The notes beneath the pieces were generated by a model that ran no database searches, had not been told where the DNA came from, and saw only the letters and a program-made list of their open reading frames with translations. Below, in pieces: positions 56,922 through 64,000 of a stretch of 64,000 bases of DNA. This DNA is from Desulfatiglandales bacterium (GTDB taxonomy: Bacteria; Desulfobacterota; DSM-4660; Desulfatiglandales; Desulfatiglandaceae). Each line of letters starts with the position of its first letter. Position 1 is the stretch's first letter. The DNA is taken from the NCBI GenBank assembly GCA_963662465.1, contig OY759599.1, forward strand, positions 1,888,001 through 1,952,000. Reading direction: 5' to 3'. The position numbers and the translations under genes were made by a program.

Positions 56922-59762
56922 TCAAATTCCGGACAGTGCCTTCTGAATATCCTCCGGTCTCACGGGAATCTCCTCAATATCCACTCCCACGGCATCCCGG
57001 ATGGCGTTCAAAACCGCCGGGGCCACCGGCAATATGGGCAACTCGCCGATGCCTTTGGCGCCCATGGGCCCCAGGGGATCCGGCACTTCCACGATGAGGG
57101 TGGAAATGGGCGGTATGTCCGTGATCCTGGGAATATGATACCGGTCAAAGTTATCATTTTGGATGCGACCCTCCCGCAAATTCAATCGCTCTTTGAAGCA
57201 CCACCCCAGGCCCATGGCCACTCCGCCCTGCACCTGTCCCACGATCCCCAATGGGTTGATGGCCTTGCCCACATCCTGGGCCGCCGCAACCTTCAGCACC
57301 CGGACGCGCCCGGTTTTCTCATTGACGCCCACGGTTACCGCCGCCGCCACATAACCCAGTGACGGCAGAATGCGCTGATCCGGTCCGATCTCAGTGACCC
57401 TTTCAGGGGGAAACATGTTTTTCACCGGGGGCGTGTAGATCTCATGCACCATGGGCAGCCGACCCGACCCCTCGCATTTCCGGGCCAGGTCCTCAAAAGA
57501 GATGAGGACCCGGTCGCCCTTCCCCTCCCCTACCCCGCCCGGTTTCAACGCCAGATCGGCAGCGTTTCTTTTCAACACCCTGGCCGCCCATTGGCATAGC
57601 TGCTCCTTGAACTTCAAGGCAGCCTGACATATGGCGCCGCCGGTGAGAAACACCTGCTGGCTGGCGCTGGTCAGCATGAGGGAAATGGTGTGATCCGTGG
57701 AACCGGGAATGATGCGCACACGGGAGACGGGCAGATCCAGAGCATTGGCCGTGATGCGGCCCAGGGCATCCACCAGGCCCTGGCCCAACTCGCAGCCCCC
57801 GGTAAACACCTCGATGATCCCGTCTTCCGCCAATCGAAGGGTCACGTCCGTGCGCCCCTCAGGAATCATGGTGGGGGTGCTGCTGTTTTTGTACCCGGCG
57901 GCAATGCCGATGCCCAGCTTTTCCGGATGATCGACCCGCAGTCCGGTGCGCATGGCGATCATTTCAGCCTTAAGGGCCTGCAAACAGGCCTTTATCCCCA
58001 CATCAGGCCCCATGACCTGTCCCCATTGGGACACCTTTCCCTGTTCCAGGGCATTCATCATGCGCATATCCATGGGATCCAAGTTCAGTCGGCGGGCCAG
58101 CCGGTCCATCTGGCATTCCATGGCCAGACACACCTGAGGCGCCCCGAAACCGCGCATGGCCCCGCAGGTGGGGTTGTTGGTATAGGCGGCGGTAATGTTG
58201 ACATCCACGTGGCCGATTTCATAGGGCCCGGTGGCAAAAACCGTTGCATTTTCCACCACCGCCAGGGTGGCGGAATGATAAGCCCCCGCATCGGCGATAC
58301 CTTTCACCACGCAATGGGTGAGCCTGCCCTTCCTGTCGGCGCCGGTTTCATAATGCAGGACAAAGGGATGCCGATGGCTGTGAACCCGCATGGACTCTTC
58401 CCGCGTCAGGGCCAGGCGAACCGGCCGCCGGGTCAAATGGGTCCCCAGGGCGCAAAGGTGCTGGATACTTAAATCCCCGCGGCCCCCGAAGGCCCCGCCG
58501 GCCAACAGGGTATTGAGCCGGACGCGATCCTCGGACAGATTGCAGATGGCGGCGATCTGGTTGCGATAGCTGATGGGGGCCTGGCTGGCAGTAGCCACCA
58601 CCAGGGTGTCATCCATATCCAGGTAGGTCAGACAGGCTTCCGGCTCCATAAACGCGGGATCCACCATGGGGGTTCGGTACTCACCCTTAATGATGACGTT
58701 TGCCATTTCCCGACCCTTTTCAATATCTCCCTTACGACAGGTCAGTCTGTGGGCAATATTTCCCTTGGGCGTCAATTGGGGAGCGTCCGGCGCCAGGGAT
58801 GTCATGGGGTCAAAAACACCTTCAAGGGGTTCATAGTCCACCCTCACCCGATCCGCCGCCGCTTCGGCCGCCCGGGGGGTTTCAGCCAGCACCAGGGCCA
58901 CGGCATCGGCCATGGATCGCACTTCCCTTTCAACCAGCACGGGTTGATCGGGAAATATGACGCCGAAGGTCTTTTTTCCCGGCACGTCCCCATGGGTAAT
59001 GATCCGGCGCACCCCATCCATTTTTTCAGCCGCACCGGTGTCGATGGATCGAATTTTCGCTCGCGAAAAAGGACTCCAGACCACCTTTGCCCAGAGTTGG
59101 CCCGGCATATGCAGATCCTGTGCGTAAATCTGTTCTCCTTTGACTTTTTTTTCAGCCTTCGGGTCCCCGGCGGCAAAGCTGTAGCTGGGGTGTTTCAACA
59201 GATGCCGTTTGAAGTCGGAATCCGCCGCGGCCCGAACCGCTTCAATGATTTTCCGATACCCGGTGCATCGGCAGAGATTCCCATGAAGCGCCCGGCGAAT
59301 CTGTTCTTCCGAAGGATTCGGGTTATCGCGCAACAGGCAACCGGCACTCAATACAAACCCGGGCGCACAGTAACCACACTGAAACACCCCCAGTTCGGCG
59401 AAGGTTCGCTGCACCCTCGGCAACGCTTCCGGATTTTTCCCAGGCCCCGCAATCCCCTCGATGGTGGTGACCGCCATCCCCTCCAGGTGCAGGGGGTTCA
59501 CCATGCAACTCCGCATGGGACGACCATCGATGAGGACCGTACAGGCCCCGCAAACCCCCACGCCGCAACCGTACTTGCTGCCCCGAAGGCCCAGGTCCCA
59601 ACGGATAAAGTCCAACAGGCTGACGTCATGGGCATCCGTGAAAACCGCATCCCGCCCATTCACCGTAAAGAGAATTGTGGCCGGCGGCAAACAATGAATC
59701 GGCATTTGAGCTGTTGTTAGCCCCATGTGCTTTAAAAACTGCTGTTGTGTGAACAAAGGCAT
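56922..59762 (-). CDS. Single-chain molybdopterin oxidoreductase, xanthine/aldehyde oxidoreductase family
   Basis: GCGVGVCGAC, QCGYCAPG, NLCRCTGY, GGAFGGR, AMRGFGAPQ, GAKGIGE; exact start uncertain. Confidence 0.92.
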   Translation of the reverse strand: MPLFTQQQFLKHMGLTTAQMPIHCLPPATILFTVNGRDAVFTDAHDVSLLDFIRWDLGLRGSKYGCGVGVCGACTVLIDGRPMRSCMVNPLHLEGMAVTTIEGIAGPGKNPEALPRVQRTFAELGVFQCGYCAPGFVLSAGCLLRDNPNPSEEQIRRALHGNLCRCTGYRKIIEAVRAAADSDFKRHLLKHPSYSFAAGDPKAEKKVKGEQIYAQDLHMPGQLWAKVVWSPFSRAKIRSIDTGAAEKMDGVRRIITHGDVPGKKTFGVIFPDQPVLVEREVRSMADAVALVLAETPRAAEAAADRVRVDYEPLEGVFDPMTSLAPDAPQLTPKGNIAHRLTCRKGDIEKGREMANVIIKGEYRTPMVDPAFMEPEACLTYLDMDDTLVVATASQAPISYRNQIAAICNLSEDRVRLNTLLAGGAFGGRGDLSIQHLCALGTHLTRRPVRLALTREESMRVHSHRHPFVLHYETGADRKGRLTHCVVKGIADAGAYHSATLAVVENATVFATGPYEIGHVDVNITAAYTNNPTCGAMRGFGAPQVCLAMECQMDRLARRLNLDPMDMRMMNALEQGKVSQWGQVMGPDVGIKACLQALKAEMIAMRTGLRVDHPEKLGIGIAAGYKNSSTPTMIPEGRTDVTLRLAEDGIIEVFTGGCELGQGLVDALGRITANALDLPVSRVRIIPGSTDHTISLMLTSASQQVFLTGGAICQAALKFKEQLCQWAARVLKRNAADLALKPGGVGEGKGDRVLISFEDLARKCEGSGRLPMVHEIYTPPVKNMFPPERVTEIGPDQRILPSLGYVAAAVTVGVNEKTGRVRVLKVAAAQDVGKAINPLGIVGQVQGGVAMGLGWCFKERLNLREGRIQNDNFDRYHIPRITDIPPISTLIVEVPDPLGPMGAKGIGELPILPVAPAVLNAIRDAVGVDIEEIPVRPEDIQKALSGI

Positions 59763-59885
59763 TATTTCTTCTCGCGAATAATTGATAATAGATCATTCCA
59801 TGCAGTGTAATGAAATATCCCTTGAGGGTCAAGGCCGGGATGTTCTAAAATATACGCACAGTAGACAACCCCGGAGGCAACACCA

Positions 59886-60485
59886 TTGGATTATTACCAC
59901 AGTTTCAGCGAGCTCAAAAAACATGAAAGAGAAGGCGCGGATTATCGGATTGAGACGCGAAAAGGTTCCTCTTCCATTGCCATCATGGCGCCTCACGGAG
60001 GCTACATAGAACCCGGCACCGCCGATATTGCCGACGCCATTGCCGGCAACCAGCATACTTTCTGGGCGTTTAAAGGGCTTAAAAATAGCGGAAATGGGAT
60101 TTTGCACATTACCAGCAGTCACTTTGATGAACCGGGCGGCATCAGGATTGCGCGGGGTGCGCAAACGGTCATCACCATCCATGGCTGTCATGGGAAAAAG
60201 TCGATGGTTTATGTGGGCGGAAGGCACGAGGAACTCAAGAATCGAATATGCCGGGCCCTTTGCCGGGCTGGTTTTAAAGCCGAGATCAGTACGACGCCGG
60301 GTTTAAGAGGAGAAGCCCCCGCCAATTTATGCAACAGAGGCACAACGGGGAAAGGGGTACAACTGGAAATTACGGAAGCGTTGCGAAAAAGGATGTTTAC
60401 CCCGTGGGATGACCGGGGTATAAGAAAAAAAACAGAAGCGTTTTTCCGTTTGATAACCGCACTCAAAACCGCTCTTATGCGTTGA
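59886..60485 (+). CDS. Poly-gamma-glutamate hydrolase family protein (DUF867/YjqB)
   Basis: APHGG.IEPGT, LHITS..FDEP, TIHG, N.CNR...GKGVQLEI. Confidence 0.88.
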   Translation: MDYYHSFSELKKHEREGADYRIETRKGSSSIAIMAPHGGYIEPGTADIADAIAGNQHTFWAFKGLKNSGNGILHITSSHFDEPGGIRIARGAQTVITIHGCHGKKSMVYVGGRHEELKNRICRALCRAGFKAEISTTPGLRGEAPANLCNRGTTGKGVQLEITEALRKRMFTPWDDRGIRKKTEAFFRLITALKTALMR

Positions 60486-60531
60486 ACAAAAACATGCATT
60501 GTAATTCGAACCAGGAGATTAAAAATTAATA

Positions 60532-63516
60532 ATGAAAAGACGGCTCCTGTTTGACCTTTTTCTCCTCAGCTTGTTTGTGTCGGCGCTGCTGGCCGGGGCT
60601 ATGCTGTACTTTTCCATGAAAGACTATGCTCTCACAACAGCTCATGCCGATGCTCAGAGAACCACCAATCTGCTGGCTGAAAATATTTCGGCCGGCATCA
60701 CCGAATATCAGCGGGCGGTTCAGCTTCTGGCGGGGACCGAAGCCATTCTAAAGGCGATCCGCACGCCAACCCCGGAATTCCTGGACCCAGCCAACCGGGC
60801 GCTTGAACGGTTAAGAAAAATCTTTGATGCGGAAGTGTGTTACCTCATGAACAAAAAGGGGATCACCCTTGCCTCATCCAATTGGAACGATGCAAACAGT
60901 TTCGTCGGCAAGAATTATGGATTCCGTCCCTATTTTAAACATGCCATTCAGGGCCGGCCCTTCACCTATATGGCCGTGGGCGTCACCACCCACATCCCGG
61001 GAATTTTCTACAGCTGCCCCGTAACGGGTACTCAAAATACAACCCCTGACGGCGTTGTGGTCATCAAGGCTTCCATTAACAATCTGAGGCAAATTATTTC
61101 CCGGTGCGAAAAAGGGTACATGATGCTCACAGGCCCCCATGGGGTTATTTTTATCTCCAACCAGGAAAAATGGCTGTTTCATGTATTATGGCAGCTCCAG
61201 CCCGGGGCGCTTTCCACCATCGCACAAACCGGACAATTCGGGAAAGGCCCCTGGAACTGGACGGGCATGCACAACAAGGGAGAAAATGAAGCGATCGATG
61301 AATCCGGAATCACGTACTTCGTCCATAGTGCGCCCATCGCCCGGATGCCCCACTGGCGGCTCTATTTTCTCCATGACATTCAGGACATTCTGAGCACCAT
61401 CGCCCTGCCGCTCTTAAAAAATGCGAGCTACGGAACAGCCTTGTTTTTTCTGCTGATCGGAATTTCCAGTCTTTTGATGTTCCGGTTGAGAAGAGAAGAG
61501 CTGACCCACCTCCAGGCGGCGCACCAGGCCACGCGACTGCAAAAAACCTATCTGGAAAGCTCTGAAGAGCGGCTCAAGACCATATTTGAAACCGTCCAGG
61601 CGGGCATTATTGTCATTGACGCACAAACCCATATCATCACCGGCGCCAACCGGGCGGCGGTGGAGATGATCGGCCGGTCTGTTGAAGACATTGTGGATAA
61701 AGTGTGCCACCAGCACATTTGCCCTTTCGAAAAGGGGCATTGCCCCATCACCGATCTGGGCCAATCCGTGGATAATTCGGAGCGGACCCTGCTAAATGCC
61801 GCGGGAGAAGAAATCCCCATCCTCAAAACCGTGAAACCCTTCATCGCCAATGGCAAACCATACCTTCTTGAAAGCTTTGTGGATATTTCCGGCCTGGTGC
61901 GGGCCCGCAAGGAGGCCCAGGCCGCCAGCCGGACCAAGAGCGAATTTCTGGCCAACATGAGCCATGAAATCCGAACCCCCATGAACGGCATCATCGGCAT
62001 GACGGATCTGGCGCTTCAAACCGAGCTTACCGACGAACAGAATGAATTTATGACGGCGGTCAAAACCTCCGCCGACGCACTGCTCACCATTATCAACGAT
62101 ATTCTGGATTTTTCCAAGGTGGAAGCCGGCAAAATGGAGCTGGATTCCATTGATTTCGATTTGCGCACCACACTGGAAAACGCCATGGATCCCCTGGCGG
62201 TCAAGGCCCACGAAAAGGGCCTTGAACTGGTCTGCCGAATCGAATCCCAGGTTCCCACCGCCCTTTGCGGCGATCCGGTGCGGCTTCGCCAGATCGTGGT
62301 CAACCTGGCCGGTAACGCCATCAAATTCACCCCAACCGGCGAAGTGGTCATCGGCGTGGCTCTTGAAGCGGAAACGGACGAATCAGTCCAACTGCATTTT
62401 TCCGTTTCCGACACGGGAATCGGAATTCCCAGTGAAAAATCCGTCACTATTTTTGAGAGCTTCAGCCAGGCGGACGGTTCCATCACACGCCATTACGGGG
62501 GGACCGGGCTGGGTTTGGCCATCAGCAGACAACTGGTGGCGTTAATGAACGGTCTAATCTGGGTGGACAGCGAACAAGGAAAAGGGAGTACCTTCCATTT
62601 TACAGCCCAGTTCAGACATGGCCGGGTGGAACCGGCGCTGCCGGCAACGGTGGATGTTTCCAGCCTTGCGGGAATTCCCCTGCTCATTGTGGACGACAAT
62701 CAAACGAACCGTACGGTCTTCAGGGAAATGACCGCTGCCTGGGGAATGAAGCCCACCACTGTGGCAAACGGCAGTGAGGCTCTGGCGGAAGTGGAAAGGG
62801 CCAAGTCCGTCGGAACCCCCTATCGCTTCCTCTTGCTGGATTTCCAGATGCCGGGCCTTGATGGATACGAAACCGCCAAACAGATACAAGCCGGTGGAAA
62901 AGCCGAAACCCTCACCATTATCCTCCTGACTTCAGCCGGTCATCGGGGAGACGCGGCCAAATGCAGCGCCGTCGGCATTTCCGCCTATCTCCTCAAGCCC
63001 GTTAAACAGGCCGATCTCCTGGATGCCTTTCGTCTGGCCCTTGGGCAGCGACGTCACAAAGGGTCGGTCATCACCCGTTATACGGTTGAGGAAGCCCGAC
63101 GCAAACTGCGCATTCTGTTGGTTGAAGATAATCTGGTCAACCAGAAACTCGCCGCCAAGATCCTGGAAAAACGCGGACATCATGTTGTGGTGGCGGGAAA
63201 CGGAAAGGTGGCGCTCACAGAGATTCAAAAGATGGATTTTCATGTGGTCCTGATGGATGTGCAGATGCCTGTAATGGACGGTTTTGCCGCCACCCATGCC
63301 ATTCGGAACCTGACAACCGAGTTCCATGATGAAGCGGGAAACCACTTTCACCGGAAACATCCCGCTGCCGGCATTCCCATCATCGCCATGACGGCCCACG
63401 CCATGAAAGGCGATCGGGAAAAATGCCTGGCCGCGGGCATGGATGATTATGTGAGCAAACCCATCAAGGCAGAGACATTGTTTCCCATCATTGAAAAGTG
63501 GACGGTGGGAAAATAA
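60532..63516 (+). CDS. Hybrid sensor histidine kinase (dCache-PAS-HisKA-HATPase-REC-REC)
   Basis: GKNYGFRPYF Cache motif, FLANMSHEIRTPMNG H-box, NAIKFT, GGTGLGL, two receiver domains. Confidence 0.95.
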   Translation: MKRRLLFDLFLLSLFVSALLAGAMLYFSMKDYALTTAHADAQRTTNLLAENISAGITEYQRAVQLLAGTEAILKAIRTPTPEFLDPANRALERLRKIFDAEVCYLMNKKGITLASSNWNDANSFVGKNYGFRPYFKHAIQGRPFTYMAVGVTTHIPGIFYSCPVTGTQNTTPDGVVVIKASINNLRQIISRCEKGYMMLTGPHGVIFISNQEKWLFHVLWQLQPGALSTIAQTGQFGKGPWNWTGMHNKGENEAIDESGITYFVHSAPIARMPHWRLYFLHDIQDILSTIALPLLKNASYGTALFFLLIGISSLLMFRLRREELTHLQAAHQATRLQKTYLESSEERLKTIFETVQAGIIVIDAQTHIITGANRAAVEMIGRSVEDIVDKVCHQHICPFEKGHCPITDLGQSVDNSERTLLNAAGEEIPILKTVKPFIANGKPYLLESFVDISGLVRARKEAQAASRTKSEFLANMSHEIRTPMNGIIGMTDLALQTELTDEQNEFMTAVKTSADALLTIINDILDFSKVEAGKMELDSIDFDLRTTLENAMDPLAVKAHEKGLELVCRIESQVPTALCGDPVRLRQIVVNLAGNAIKFTPTGEVVIGVALEAETDESVQLHFSVSDTGIGIPSEKSVTIFESFSQADGSITRHYGGTGLGLAISRQLVALMNGLIWVDSEQGKGSTFHFTAQFRHGRVEPALPATVDVSSLAGIPLLIVDDNQTNRTVFREMTAAWGMKPTTVANGSEALAEVERAKSVGTPYRFLLLDFQMPGLDGYETAKQIQAGGKAETLTIILLTSAGHRGDAAKCSAVGISAYLLKPVKQADLLDAFRLALGQRRHKGSVITRYTVEEARRKLRILLVEDNLVNQKLAAKILEKRGHHVVVAGNGKVALTEIQKMDFHVVLMDVQMPVMDGFAATHAIRNLTTEFHDEAGNHFHRKHPAAGIPIIAMTAHAMKGDREKCLAAGMDDYVSKPIKAETLFPIIEKWTVGK

Positions 63517-63552
63517 GAAATGAAACATTAGGATTAAAGAGGCATCCATCAT

Positions 63553-64000
63553 TTGACGAAAGATCGGGAGGCGCTTCAAAACCTGCTGGAAACCATTTAC
63601 CGGAAAAGGGGCTTTGATTTCAGAGAGTATAGAGAGAGCACCCTGATCCGGCGAATCGGGAGGCGTCTGCGCGCCACGGGTTCGGCAGACTATGAACAAT
63701 ACGCCGGTCTTCTGGACGAAAAGCCCCACGAATATACAAAGCTTTTTGACGATCTGACCATCAATGTGACCCAATTTTTCAGGGATACGCAGGCCTTCAC
63801 CGCCCTTGAAACGGTGGTGTTTCCCGAGTTGATCCACGGCAAAGACAAGGAAAGGGATATCCGCATCTGGAGCGCCGGATGTTCAACGGGAGAGGAGGCC
63901 TATTCCGTGGCCGTCCTTTTGCTGGAATTCCTCGGCGCCGAGGCAAAAATGTGGAGAATCCGAATCCTGGGAAGTGATCTTGATCCAAAGGCGGTCCATA
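63553..64000 (+). CDS. CheR-family protein-glutamate O-methyltransferase (runs off the window; not in ORF track)
   Basis: GFDFREYRESTLIRRIGRR, LTINVTQFFRD, RIWSAGCSTGEEAYS, GSDLD. Confidence 0.9.
   Translation, partial: MTKDREALQNLLETIYRKRGFDFREYRESTLIRRIGRRLRATGSADYEQYAGLLDEKPHEYTKLFDDLTINVTQFFRDTQAFTALETVVFPELIHGKDKERDIRIWSAGCSTGEEAYSVAVLLLEFLGAEAKMWRIRILGSDLDPKAVH

Overview
Bacterial genomic window, probably from an anaerobic, selenocysteine-using Desulfobacterota (inferred from the Ahb haem pathway, Mop-type aldehyde oxidoreductases and a Sec formate dehydrogenase). (1) 1064-11340 is an accessory/defence island. It holds a DUF1016 fragment, a 1527-aa Type IIG-like restriction-modification fusion, a DUF2971-like/ankyrin chimera, a Fic-HTH protein followed by a 10-bp repeat array, a REPIN-like double hairpin and an AAA_14/DUF4143 ATPase. 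It ends in a cluster of integron attC-like sites around toxin-antitoxin genes, with no integrase in the window. (2) The metabolic core is very rich in molybdoenzymes: two three-subunit xanthine dehydrogenase-family operons, two single-chain aldehyde oxidoreductases, and a Sec-FDH with SECIS and two ModE-type operators. It also carries acyl-CoA dehydrogenase, hisJ, satP, TauE, pyk, ahbC-hemB-ahbD-ahbA (interrupted by an AT-rich ATPase), scpB and ade. (3) A second accessory patch (48.8-52.5 kb and 55.3-56.9 kb) has TA pairs, several internally deleted or fused gene remnants, and a second DUF4143 ATPase that shares an unusual long promoter-centred inverted repeat with the first. No rRNA, tRNA, CRISPR array or intact transposase/integrase was recognised. 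All calls come from motif reading by eye; no database search was run.
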